From: Amoebidium appalachense
Taxonomy: Eukaryota; Protista; Ichthyosporea
Length of the DNA stretch: 64,000 nucleotides
Reading direction: 5' to 3'
NCBI GenBank assembly: GCA_963693365.1
Contig: CAVNZM010000006.1
Coordinates: 7,357,264 to 7,421,263 of the forward strand
Positions within the stretch are counted from its first letter, which is position 1; each line of letters starts with the position of its first letter. The notes beneath the pieces were generated by a model. That model did no database searches. It was not told the DNA's origin and saw only the letters and a list, made by a program, of their open reading frames with translations. Positions 27,009-64,000 of the stretch are shown one piece after another. A program made the position numbers and the translations under genes.

Positions 27009-27280
27009 CCCGCGATTTTTGTAATCAGGGTGTATACGCATTATGTAATAGGTGGTATAGCTGGAAAATCGCCCATTCAGTGCACATCATTATTATGAAA
27101 TCACGAGGCAAGTGCAGGTGAGCATTGTGCACTTCAAAATATTTTTTCGCATGCGTGTGTTCTGCGCGCTCAGTCCCCATACATTACTCGACTGTGACAC
27201 ACACACATGCGTGTGCACACACACACCACAGTCGCACACACACACACACACGCACTCACACACACACGCACACCGTGTGA

Positions 27281-27339
<59 letters not shown>

Positions 27340-27935
27340 CACACACCAAATATTTTAAAAGATAACAAACTTTTTGCACACGGAAAGGCCACTGATCACC
27401 CGTGCCTGCGCATGCACAGAGAATATCCACAGTCGAGAGATATCATTTCTTGTTGGTACAAAAAAAAAAAAAAAAAAAAAAAAAAACATTACTCAGTCCG
27501 TAGAATGATTCCCGGCAGAACCAAAAATTAATTTTTCTACTACTTTAAAACCGCTACAGCACGAGGGAGTCTCCCTTATGAATACACCCATACTACCAAC
27601 GAATAATCTGAAATAACATTGTGGCCCTTGTGTATTATATACGAGACGAATAAAATAGCTAGCTACAAGCCAACTTGCAATTGCAGTATGTGTGGGAATT
27701 CCAGTTTTAGAAGCAATGCTTTGTTACAATCGATGGAGTGTACCCGTGCAGTCAAATCAAGAGACCCCTCCATCAAAATAAAGAATAAGGTATTTTTTGT
27801 CACATGCATAGCTACATGTGCCTACAACATTAAGAACAATACTACCTTGCTGATATTACGGCACTCCGATGTGGATGGTGTTTATTTCTTATCTCCCCCC
27901 CCCCCCCCCCCCTCTAGAACCGTGTTCCCAAGACT

Positions 27936-28065
<130 letters not shown>

Positions 28066-28099
28066 CTCCCCCCCCCCTCCCTTTCGTCCCTGGGCGGTA

Positions 28100-40423
<12,324 letters not shown>

Positions 40424-40791
40424 CTTTGCTGTTATGCAGTTGTGGTTAATGTTTTACGCCACTTTACACTTCAGCTCTTAACTTTAAACCCTTCGCGGGC
40501 ACCGTTGCTGAAATGATATCAGTGCAGTAATATACACCCTTAATGCTGAGGCACTGAGGTTATATAATTATGCATTTAGGACCAGTTATAAACGCACAAC
40601 ACTAAATAATCACTTCTTACTCCTCATCACACTATAGCAACTCATCCCCTCATCACCCCATATGCATTACTTCATCTCTTACTTAGAAATTTAATTCTGC
40701 TTATAACTTTGGTGGCCAAAACGAAAACTGTTTTTGTTGTTTTGTTTCAATTCGTAATCTGGCCGAGTCACACCGAATGGCGTTCTCTCTT

Positions 40792-40856
40792 CCTATTGGT
40801 TCGATCGTTTGCACAATAGCACATTCCTTTGGAGCACGACGCGCTCCTATTGGCTA
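40792..40856 (-). promoter_or_regulatory. Two CCAAT boxes upstream of the asparaginase gene
   Basis: CCTATTGG at about 40792 and 40846 (CCAATAGG on the minus strand), about 400 bp upstream of the ATG at 40423. Confidence 0.4.
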
Positions 40857-41276
40857 CAAACTATTTCGGCGCGGCCTCGTGGCCAAATTAGGAAGGTGAA
40901 AGAGGCACACTTGCTTTTTTAGGAAGGTCCCTTGCTCACTTGGGCAATCGCCACAAAAGTTGAACTTGGAAACCGTTTACTCAACACACACGTGCACACA
41001 CACGTGCTCTTGCGAAAGGGACTAATCTTCAAGGAGGCCAACGTTATGGTTCCTTCATTGTTTGATAACTTCAGATGTTATGATTCTTTCGGTTAATCAT
41101 TGGTTTGGGAACTTGACGATGGTAATGCAGGCTTCTGTGACCCCGACTCCATAGAATGCCTTAGCAGGGCACTCTTCATTCAAGCTCTAACTTGGATATT
41201 TGAGACGCAGATTGACGCTGCGCCTAAGGTTTGCCGCTCAGCCTGTCACGCGGCCGCCGAGAGGGGCCTCCTGGGG

Positions 41277-41313
<37 letters not shown>

Positions 41314-41588
41314 GGGGGGGGGATTGAGGGAGGGGGAAGGGGGGGGGACTCGGGGAAGGAAGGTTAAGTAGTGGGTGCAGGTTTCCCGTTTTTCCCTCCC
41401 TCTCTGTGTGTAGCCGTTGATTGGGGGATGCGAGCGGTGAGTAGTTGTATAAACGTGATAAGTATTGGAGTACGCTACGGTGTCATTCAAAAGTGTGTGA
41501 AGCTGTGTGGGCTGCTCTTTATTCTTTCTTCCTTTTTTTTTGTAAGCCTTTAGGGGGAGTGGGGAGGGGGGCATACGTACCCCGGGGG

Positions 41589-41632
<44 letters not shown>

Positions 41633-42366
41633 CTGTATGTGCTTGAAGTGTAGGTGTGTGTATGCCAAATTTGCTTGCTAGCGTTGTGTACCGGGGGGGT
41701 ATGAGGTGTGGCACTGCGCAAAGGGGGAGGGAATAAAGTGGGCCGGTGGGTGTGGGGGTGGAGGGGGGGAGGGTGGGGGTGGGGGTCACGTGGATGTACA
41801 CAGTACCCCTGGCACTGCGGCAAGTACACATATGCATTCACCTGGTGCCTTTACTTACCGCCAAATTGCAACCACTTGAACCACGCGCACACGGGAGGGA
41901 GGGGAGGGGGATTCCGAAACAATGGCATGTCTAATTATTATACTTGTACAGGCATAAATAGACTATGATAATGTCCCTCAATATTCAAAGCGTGTGCACA
42001 CATTAAAAAATTTATTAGTTCATATTATTTATTCGTGTCACGTTTGACCATAAACTCTACATCTCAGATGAGAAGTATTTATACCAGAAAAAGGAAGGAA
42101 GCGTTTACATCTTACACGTCTGAGAGTACCTCGCCATTGCAATGACAATCATTCAGCATGCCGGAAAAACAGACACAAAAATTTCAACACGAAAAGTCAA
42201 TAGTGCCGTGCCTTCAAGGCTCGACATTTATATCTCATTAGGTTGGCTTTGCCTTCGGGTACAACCATCTCAAACACATTCCATTCCACAAAATCCGTCC
42301 TTATTCCCAATCCCCCCCCCCCCCCCCCTCCCCCCCCCTTCCCCCCTCCCCCCCCCTCCCCCCCTC

Positions 42367-42401
<35 letters not shown>

Positions 42402-42572
42402 ACCCACCCACCCACCCAGCACAGCCACTGAAAAAGATGTAGCATCTTCGTCTTAATTATGTACTTAAACCGCCAACGTACACACCGTATGAATCTAAGG
42501 GTGGTTTTATAATGACACTGCTACTATGTACATTTTATCTTGAAATGTTTGACATTGCCTGCTCGCCTGCTC

Positions 42573-42620
<48 letters not shown>

Positions 42621-42806
42621 ACCCACCAAAAAAAAAATTTTTAATAAAATAAAATAAAAATAAGTAAAAGAAAAATAGAAAATAAAAATTCAAAACTTAA
42701 AGTCGAGCTTGTGGTGCGCCGTCACTGGCTACACTACGATACAAGGAAAAAGGATCCCCCCCCCCCCCCCCCCCCCCCCCTACACTACGATAGAAGGAAA
42801 AGATAT

Positions 42807-42851
<45 letters not shown>

Positions 42852-42904
42852 TCACCCACCCACCCACCCACCCAAAAAATCATCATCAACAACAACAACA
42901 ACAA

Positions 42905-42937
<33 letters not shown>

Positions 42938-43612
42938 TACACTTGCTGACCATATATCCGGCCATGCACCTATACTCCGAAAAAACACAAAATTAGCCAG
43001 ACGCTTTCTACTACACACATGCTACAACAGAAATACATAACCCACATATCCCTAACAGATGATCCTCGCGGGTGACTTTCCCCACCCTCGTTTCGACTAC
43101 CAAAACAAAAACTCGTCAAACCGGATGTACATTTTTATGCGCTTATATCAATTCCCCCCTTCCCCCCGCCAATTCCGCCCCCTTCCCCCCCCCCCCCCCC
43201 CCCCATCCCCCCAGCGTCCCCTTTCCCCCTTATCCCGAGGCTCGACATGGTTCACACAATGAATCACGACTCTGTAAAAAGTTAATGGACCCCCCTCCTA
43301 ACCGCCTTGACATTTCACACTGATCTAATGAGGCCGCTACCATAACCCCATATTCAGCGGGTACTGGAAAAATGCAACAACCCCCCCCCCCCCCCCCTTC
43401 CCCCTCCCCTCCCCCCCCCCCCCCCCCCCCCCCCCACACACACACACTCTCTTGAAATTTCACGATGGCCGGATAGGGCATACGGTACCATAAACCATGT
43501 TCCGCGGGTACTGGAAACTTTGCATCCAACCCCCCCTCCCCCTCCTCCCCTTTACCCCGCTTGAGATTCGATGCCGGTCGAGTAGAGCCCCGCCCCCTGC
43601 CGTCTTGAAATT

Positions 43613-54807
<11,195 letters not shown>

Positions 54808-56525
54808 AGTAGATTAAAGAAAGTTTTTGTGAATAATAGTTTGAACATAAACATGTGATCGCTTTGTGTGCCTTGTTTGAGCGTGAGTGTGTGATTTACT
54901 GATTGGACAACTCACAAAGATGGTCGTGTATAGTCTGGGTCATGTTGCGTTTATTTAATAAAAAAAAGCGAATCTAGCTTAGTTCCTTGTATATAATATG
55001 TAAAAAGTCCGGCGTTTGGCTGTCAGATGGATGGATGCTTGTCGGCGTTCTAGATCGACATGTGCGAGAAGTGCCTTTTTGTGCTCCGCTCAGGAATATG
55101 ATGTGCTGAAAGTATTGGCGAATGCAAACGTTTACACCAGCAGGGAATGGACTGAAGCGACGACACTATCGGATTTGATGTGCATGCTCTTTAGCTCTTA
55201 TCTATATGCTCTAGTGCTAATGGAGCTGCATATGCGAGGTGTGTTGTAGCAGGATCCGGAAAAAACATCGATCTGCTGATTCGTCAAGTGGTGTGTGGTT
55301 TATGCATGCAAACACGTATTTACTAGGAAGTAAAAGATAGCAACAAAAGCAACAAACTGACTGTCTACCGGTAGAAACTCTAATCCTTGCTCTTATGATG
55401 ATCTTTTATAGTTGTTGACATTTCAAGCACTGCTGAGTTCCTGAAACGAAAAACGAAACTGTCGGACAGTGTGAGGCCGTACCAGCGGAAACGCGTGACA
55501 GGCGGACAGCCGCCACCGTGGTAGCTTTTGATTGGTTAAAACGACACTTATAGAAGTCTTATCCTGGCTCTTATCCTATTTCTGTAGATGCAGCGGATTG
55601 GTGCACTCAAAAGCCGAAAAAGCCACTAGGCAAGATAGTTTTTGATGAGCGATTTATGTAAACCAATCATAAACAATTTTTAGGTTCTGTAAGCTTTAAG
55701 TGCTTTAAGTGCAAGTTCTGCAAGATTTTAAGTGCAAGTGTAGTGTGCGAACAACACATCCTAACTGTAGAACTTGCTGTACTGAGAATAAACAATTTAT
55801 ATAGTTAGATAAAAGAAGCTTGGTAGCTTTAAATAACTTAATTAGCTTCTAAATTGATGATAAAAAACAGAATCAGTGCTATTTTTATTGATGTAATAGC
55901 CAGTCGAAGCATAAGGGACTTCAAATTCAATCCAATGGAGAGCTTTCAATGTCATTCTAGACGAGTACCGCCAAAGGTAACCAATCACAGAGCGATACTG
56001 TGTTGATCGCTGACAACTGCCGCTGATTGGCTAAAACCGCACACAGCCATTTACTAAACTTTCCGCAGGTTCTTTTTTTGTAGTGTAGTCAGAGAAAGAA
56101 AGGAAAACGAAATGGACTGAAAGGATGTGATGCAAACCAACAGCCAGCTACTACTTCTCAAACTAATTACCCATTTCCCCTTTGATTAGCTCCAAGTGTG
56201 ATGCAGCATGTTGTTTAAGTGCAAGGTCGTATGTCGTGGGGCCAGCATTTCTGCCGTGTCTGCTGCAGGTGTTTCGAAATGTCAGTCTAGACGGGACGAG
56301 TGAGAAAAAGAGAGGGACGAAGTACAGGGGACAATGCTTGCGCAATTTTTGATACAGCACGTTATTTTTTTAGCTTTGGCTGTTTTCTTAGCTCTTTGCT
56401 GAATAATTTTACGATGAAGGCGTCGAGTAATGGGCCGTAATGGCGAGCGTTTGTTCTGCCATTAGGTTTTAATCACCGTTGTGTTGATGTGATTTGGAAA
56501 GCTGTTTCTTGCATGCGTAGTTAGT

Positions 56526-56568
<43 letters not shown>

Positions 56569-56792
56569 TAAGGAAGGGAGGGGGGGGGGGGGTGGGGGGG
56601 GGGGGGGGGGGGGGGGGGTGGAGGGAGGGAGGTGGAGGTCCAGCCATGTGAACTCTCCCCCCTGAAACCTGCCCTCTTCTGCCGGAATGCATGTCCTTGT
56701 AGGTGTGGTAGTGACGGTGTGTCCAAGAGTTGGTGTACGGTTACGAGCAGTGATATGATAGCATCTGTGTAAGTATGCGTGCTAGTGGCATG

Positions 56793-56870
<78 letters not shown>

Positions 56871-57129
56871 CGCGCGTGTGTGTGTGTGTTGATGTCTTGT
56901 GTGTCTGACAACGTGTGAGCGTATGTGTATGTTTGGGGGGAAATGGTACGATGGTGGGTGTTGGGTGGGGAGGGAGGGGACGGGGGGGGGGGGGGGGGGG
57001 GGGGGGGGGGATTGATATATGATAAAGAGAAATGAGGGAGGGTATGTAGGAGTTGCAAAAGTAAGAAGGAACTTTTTGCATACCTGTGCACAGCTTCGGA
57101 AGTGCTGTCGCAATCACACCATGCGTACA

Positions 57130-57195
<66 letters not shown>

Positions 57196-57857
57196 GTGTG
57201 AAAGTCGTGTGTGTGTGTCTGTGTTCCTGTGTGTGTGTGTGTCTGTGTACATGAGCGATGGTGGTGGTGGTCAGTGAAAGTTTTGTTGCTGATGTGTCTG
57301 CGTGTGAGTGAGTGTGGGTGGATGGATGCATAGGGTGTTTTTTTTTTTTTTTTTTTTTTTTTGTGGGGGGGGGAGGGGGGGGGGAGGGGAGTAGAGAGGG
57401 AAGGGGGTAGGGGAGTCTCAGATTATCTGTCGTGCAAGCTGTGACTTTCAATAGGTCTGGGCTATAGGGTTGGTAACAGGAGGAGTAGAGATAACAGGAT
57501 CCCAGAGGGGGGTGGGGGGAGGGGGGGGGGGGGAGGGACGGGGGGAGGGGGGGAGAGGGGGGGGGGGGGGGGGGGGAGGCATTATTGAATAGGTCACTAT
57601 TGCCCTTACTAGTACTCCCCCGGCTGACTCCCCGGCTGACCATCCCCCCCCCTCTCCACCCCCTCCACCCCTCCACCCCACAAGCACCCACCCATCCACC
57701 CACTGCCGCCGTTTTATCAAACATTTTTTATGATGTACGTAGAATCCGAAGATTATAAGCTGTGTGTGTACACACAAGCTTCCAAGTTGGGTGGAGTATG
57801 TAATAACATGTGCCATTGCATACATGCATGCCACAGGCGCAGATACTTTTCAATGCA

Positions 57858-57995
<138 letters not shown>

Positions 57996-58104
57996 GGCAC
58001 GCGCGCGCGCGCGCACACACACACACACAACGTGGCACACACACACACACACACACATACACACACTTACACACACACACACACACACACACTCGGACAC
58101 CGTG

Positions 58105-58139
<35 letters not shown>

Positions 58140-58149
58140 GGACACCGTG

Positions 58150-58207
<58 letters not shown>

Positions 58208-58431
58208 GGCACACACAGGCACACACACACTTACACACACTTACACACACACACGCGCACACGCTCTGCTACATTTACACCTGTAAGTCTACAACATGTC
58301 CGCAAACACAATCAACCTTACCCTTCCCTCCCTACACGTTCTATGGTAGCCATGATATATCCCTTCCCAGGGCCTCCTACCCTCCCTCCTCCCCCCTCCC
58401 CCCCCCCCCCCCTCACACACACACACACACA

Positions 58432-58492
<61 letters not shown>

Positions 58493-59960
58493 CCGGGTCC
58501 CCCCCCCCCCAAAAAAAAAAAATAAAAAAATAAAAAAAATTAAAACAAAAATAGGGAAAGAAAGAAACAAAGAAGAAAAAACGAGGGGGGGGGGGGGGGG
58601 GGGGGGGGAGGGACTAAAGGAATAAACACACTAACACGAGCGTACAGATAACCCCATTTGATAGAAGAAAAAAAAAACGGGGATCGAAAAAGAAACATAA
58701 ACGTTACAACAAACATACGAACAGATAAACCACCCATAGGAACCCCCCTGATGATGGGCTCTGTTCAAGTGTCTTCTGCCTGCAACTTGTTTGAATTGGG
58801 TTTTTCGTTTTTGTGGTGTTTTCCCTTTCCCCCCCCCCCCCCCCCCCCCTCTAACATACCCACACCCACAAACACCCCCTAAACACGCACACACACACAC
58901 ACAAGAGTAGGATTGCGATCGACACACATGGTTAATTTGTGGCCTGACGGCCGCCGCTGTCGTGTTCCTAATAGGGAGGGGAGGAGGAGGAGGAGGGGGG
59001 GAGGGGGGAGGGGAGGAGGGGGGGGGGGAGAGTACAATGAATTATCTCAATTTTTTTAGGAGGTCCGCCAATAAGAATATCACCAAAATTGGCCGGGACC
59101 TACGCGGAGTGTTTCTTGAAGATTTAACCACAACTTGGCTGCAAGTGTTTTTTTATTGGCAGAGCATCTTATTGAAGGACTCTATCTGTATTGATTCTCT
59201 ACTGTGCCCAGAGGGATACACGGCTGTAGCTGTATTTTTGTTTTTACAAATTGATGTTAAAAATAAAAATAATCCGGTCGAGGAAGACTTGCAAAAGAGC
59301 ATAGCAAATGCTATGGTTGCCACTCTAACCCCCTGACAGAGGAGCGAAGCATACGCTGTTGTAAATAAATTACCATTACAATAAAACAGCAATATAAATT
59401 TGATTATACTGTAAAAACACAAACTTTAAGGGGAAGGGGGGGGTGGGGGGGCATAATAATGAGGTGAACATTGGGGTTATCATGTACAAAAAACGTGAGC
59501 CTAAGAAATTGAGAAAACAAACGAACAAACATTAAGCATTGAATACTGGCAAACACAAACAACCAAACCAACGAGCCTCGGAGAAGAAGAAAGACAGGCA
59601 TAAATGGGGGTCTGGATCGGGGTCAGACTCTATAGCTATCATGCATGTCTCAACGTTGTAGACGTATGTCTCAGGGGCCGGTCCATAGAACTTATGATAA
59701 AATATGTAGGCTAAACCTAGCCAAAATAGTATATCTAGTTGTCAAAATGCACTAAATAAACTAATTAGTATGCACACAAATCACATCAACAACCACAAAC
59801 CGCCCACAAACCTGGTAACTAGCCAACATTCACCAAGCACAAACATCAAATCAAATTTCATTAAACAAACATCTCGCCCCAATCCCACTAAAACTAACAT
59901 CCAATCACATCACCCCAACAAATAAATAAAAACTCTCCATAATTATAACCAACAAACCAC

Positions 59961-60315
59961 TCATAACGCAGCGGCCTTACGCAAAGCCGGAGCCTTCGAC
60001 TCCGTCCTCTCCCACGTAAACTGCCACTCGTTTCTACCAAAGTGCCCGTAGGCCGCCGTAGGCCTATAAATGGGCTGTCTCAAATCAAGCATCTCAATAA
60101 TTCCATAGGGTCTCAGGTCGAAATTTTTAGATACCAACTCGGCCAAATCCATATCTTCTAATTTCCCTGTTCCGAAGGTGTTCACGTTGAGAGAGACGGG
60201 TTCCGCTACACCGATGGCGTAGGAGACTTGAACCTCGCAGCGTGTGGCCAGCCCGGCCGCGACGATGTTTTTGGCAATGAAACGGGCGGCATATGCGGCG
60301 GAACGGTCAACCTGT

Positions 60316-60361
<46 letters not shown>

Positions 60362-60610
60362 GGGGGTGGAAGGGGAGGGGGGGGATGTATGGATTAGAGG
60401 GTTGGCAAAATTGACGAGACACCCGAAGACAAAACACAGAAACGAGAAGTCGAACCATTAAGTACAATAAATAATGAATGTGCAGGCAGAAGTTGAACAG
60501 CGCCCATCATCAGGGGGTTACAAGGGGGCATGAAAAGGAGGAACGGGAGAGGGGGGGGGGGGGGGGGGGGGGGGGGGAGGTGAGGTGAGCAAGAAGGATG
60601 GAAGTACCGA

Positions 60611-60678
<68 letters not shown>

Positions 60679-60773
60679 CGTTGCTTGACTGTGTAAGAGT
60701 ACATGTGTGCGGATGTGAGTGTGGATGTGTAGCATGCAGTCGGCCCCAGAATCTGCACGCGCGCACACGCGCG

Positions 60774-60849
<76 letters not shown>

Positions 60850-61675
60850 CGCGCGCGTGTGTATGGATGTGTGTGTTGTCTCTCTCAATCTGCCTCTTTC
60901 TCGTTTTGTATGTGCTTGTGCTTGTGTGTGTGTGTGTGTGTGTCTGTATGCACGCGCGTGCAGATGTGTGTGTGTGCGCGCGCATGTGTGTTTGTTTGGG
61001 ATGAGTGTGAGTGTGAGTGTGAGTGTGTGTGTGTGTGTGTGTGTGGTGGTGGTGGTGGTGGTGGTGGTGGGGTCTCTATATACCTTTGAGGGGTCCTTTC
61101 CAGAGAATGCACCTCCACCATGGCGAGCCATGCCCCCATAAGTGTCCACAATGATCTTACGCCCGGTCAGCCCACAGTCGCCCACGGGCCCACCAATCAC
61201 AAAGCTGCATAAAAAATTTACATCAGTCACCTATTACAAGTTAAAAGCAGGTCACCTTTCACAAAACTGCATGAGTCATAAGTCACTAACGTATTACCAA
61301 GTCCTTAAAAAAAGCAGCACCTGATCATATGGTCATTTGTAGCTCTGCAATCACTATTTGACACGATAACGCAAATTATCTTTTTCCTTCATTTTTTTCT
61401 CCCTATCATAATTTTTGGTTTTCATTTCGTTTTTGTTTTCTTGGTGTCTTTAACCGGGCTAATAAGAGGGGATTTGTTGTTGTGGTAGTGATGGTGGTGG
61501 GGGCCGGAGGGAGGGGAGGGGGGGGGGGGGGGGGGGGGGAGGGGAGGGAGGGAGGGAGGGAGGGGGGAGAGAGAAGAAAGTGAGAGAAAGAGAGAGAGAG
61601 TGAGTGAAAGAGAGAGAGAAAGAGAGAAACGGAGCCACACACCTTGAGAGAGGGAGGAAGGAGGAGTGAGAGACA

Positions 61676-61717
<42 letters not shown>

Positions 61718-62986
61718 GAAACACAGACACACACACACCTTCCAGTAGGGTTGACGTGGTATTTTGTCTTTTCATTCAGGAACTGACTGGGGATAATTGG
61801 CTTTATAATCTCTTCGATCACCGCCTCTCTCAGAGTGGTATATTCCACATCGGGGGAGTGCTGTGTGGAGAGAACTACGGCATCTACACCCACTACTGTT
61901 TTGTCTTCGTAGCGTAGTGTCACCTGTGTATGTGCCCCAGAGGAGGGGTGAGAAAAATGTGTGTTGGTTCGTTTGTTAGCACACACACTAACACACAGAC
62001 ACACCCTCTCTCCCGTACCGGATAACCCCCCCTCGCCCCTCCCTCCCCATCTACACCGACTACCGTTTTGTTTTCATGGTGGTAAAGTCACCTGTGTGTG
62101 TGTACCAGGAAAGGGGCGGGTGGGCGGGTGGGTGGGTGGGTGGGGGGGAGGGGGGGGGGGGGGGGGGAAGAATTATGTGTTGGTTCGTTTGTTAGCACAC
62201 ACACACACCACACATAACACCCACACTCTCTCTTTGAATGCCCCTCCCCCCACCCGCCCTCCCCCCTCCCCCCACACCGACTATGGTTTTGTTTTCATAG
62301 CATACAGTCATTTGTGTGTGTGCCCCAGGAATGTGGGGGGGAGAGAGAGGGGGGGGGGGGGGGGGGAGGGGGGGGGGGGGGGTATGTGTCCGTTGGCCTG
62401 TTAGCACCCACACAACACACAGACACACACACACACACCCTCTCTCCGGTACAGGCCATCCCCCCCCCCCCGTTATCTACACCGCCTACGGTTTTGTCTT
62501 TAGAGCGTACAGTCACCTGTGTGTGTGCCCCAGGGGAGGGATCGTGGGAAGGGAAAACGGGGGGGGGGGGGGGGGGGGTTAGAATGGGCTACAGACTGTG
62601 AAATACACATTCACAACACAATGCAGAGGGCAACCACACATAAAGATTAGGTATAGCAAGCAGTGCCCATCTGCCGGAGTGGGAGAGGGGGGGGGGGGGG
62701 GAGGGGGAGGGGGAGGGAGAGGGGGGGGGGGGGGGGGGGCGGGGGAAGAGGAAAGAAGGTGGAGAGGGAGAGAAAAGGGCGAGAGAGCGGGAGCATAGGG
62801 GAGACGGACGGAAGGGACCCTCCCCACCCTTGCCCCCCCACCCTTCCCTAACAGAAAGAACAGCATACAAGCAGAATAAGAGCAAGGAATGACGATGGAA
62901 CGAGAAGGCACACACACTCCCCCCCCCCCCCCCCCCCCCCCAAACTCACGTACACACACAGACAGACAGACAGACAGACAGACATT

Positions 62987-63033
<47 letters not shown>

Positions 63034-63175
63034 GACTCTTTGCATCAGGCCGTAGCCATGGGAGTGTGTTCTCCTTCCTCAGCTGTGCCTGGCGCCTCAC
63101 CAGTTGGTGCGCATAGTAGATGGGTGCGGGCATGAGGTCCGGGGTTTCATCACACGCATACCCAAACATCAGACC
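59961..63175 (-). CDS. metK: S-adenosylmethionine synthetase, proteobacterial type; last 4 exons, 5' exons beyond the window
   Basis: Exons 63032-63175, 61739-61923, 61084-61204, 59961-60311, all GT-AG with consistent phases. Motifs [74 protein letters not shown]. Confidence 0.97.
61880..62540 (-). repeat. Four tandem ~200-bp units of branch point + acceptor + metK exon start
   Basis: Real exon start cacag|gtgacactacgctacgaagacaaaacagtagtgggtgtag at 61923. Diverged copies near 62050-62110, 62271-62330 and 62475-62535. TGCTAAC branch motif near 61975, 62192 and 62400. Confidence 0.9.
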
Positions 63176-63553
63176 CTATGTGCATGTGTGCATGTGTGCA
63201 TGTGTGTGTGTGTGCGTGTGTGTGTGTGTTGTGTACGTGTGTCTGTACGCGCGTGTGTGTGGAAGGGAAATGTACGCAAATGTATTCAGGGGAAGATGGG
63301 TGTGTGTCAGCAAGACTCTCTCAGAAACAACCAATCGTTTGTTTGACCCGAAGATTTTTTCTTCTTCGAATCCATACCCAAATATCAGAACCCGTGTGCA
63401 TGGGGGGGAGGGGGGGAGGAAGGGGGGGGAAGTATGCCCACATTTATGAGGGGAGAATGAAGTGGTTGGTGTGAGCAGAAACATATCAGGAAAAAGGCTA
63501 TCCCCCACTCACCAAGCAGGTGAGGAAGTCAATGAGGTGATAGTTTGATACAT

Positions 63554-63856
63554 TTAAAGAGGGTTTCTTTTAGGCCGATTAATTGTCCCCATTCCAGCAC
63601 ATCCGGGTCAAGCCGTTTTTTCAGCATATAAATCATGATATGAACTGCAATCTTCTTCCTAACGCTTTATTATCATTATTCCGTGATTTATTTCTTTTTT
63701 TTCTTTTTTCTTTTTCTTTTTTAGTGCATTATGACGCATCTGTACCTTGCTGCCGGCTAAACGATGGTGCGCGGCTGATGCACAGCACGCCAATCATATA
63801 GCTAGAATCCCCTCTGACTCGACCCGGCCCGAAAGTCTAAAAGAAACCCCCTTTAA
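63554..63856 (+). mobile_element. Kolobok-like MITE, copy 3, inside a metK intron
   Basis: ttaaagagggtttcttttag ... ctaaaagaaaccccctttaa. Body matches 17931-18200. Confidence 0.8.
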
Positions 63857-64000
63857 AGGTTGAGTCTTCTTTGCACTCATGGCCAAACTTCAACTTCTGT
63901 GCGCACGTGGCATTGGAAAATAAATGGGAGGTAGAGAGTTGTGGTTGGTGGTTGCAAGACAGTTTAGAAACGGCAATTTGCACATTCGTCCACAGAATTA

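Overview
Eukaryotic nuclear DNA from an intron-rich genome packed with (CA)n/(GT)n/(GA)n microsatellites and long poly-C/poly-G runs. An animal-like cytochrome c and a GCCACCATG Kozak context suggest an opisthokont, possibly a unicellular holozoan (inference only). Most entries in the ORF track are low-complexity artefacts. Reading splice sites by hand gives four spliced genes: cytochrome c (+, 4 coding exons, 23161-24745), an AnsA-like type I L-asparaginase (-, 14 exons, 28100-40423), an SLC35E1-like triose-phosphate/nucleotide-sugar transporter (-, 11 exons, 43613-54807) and the 3' part of a proteobacterial-type S-adenosylmethionine synthetase (-, 4 exons visible, 59961-63175, continuing past the window). 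The first 9 kb is a transposon cluster: an RNase H-bearing non-LTR retrotransposon cut by the left edge, an LTR pair with a tRNA-iMet primer site, and a decayed tail-less LINE. There are also three Kolobok-like TTAA MITEs. Most interesting signals: (1) repeated tandem 'stutter' copies of branch point + 3' splice site + exon start just upstream of real exons in three genes; (2) about 15 related short retroposon 3' ends that mostly end in, or sit inside, poly(C) tracts, two of them forming an identical inverted pair around exons 2-6 of the transporter; (3) a bacterial-type metK carrying spliceosomal introns; (4) introns bracketed by complementary (GT)n and (AC)n ends. All alignments were done by eye. 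Homopolymer lengths and frameshifts may be assembly errors.
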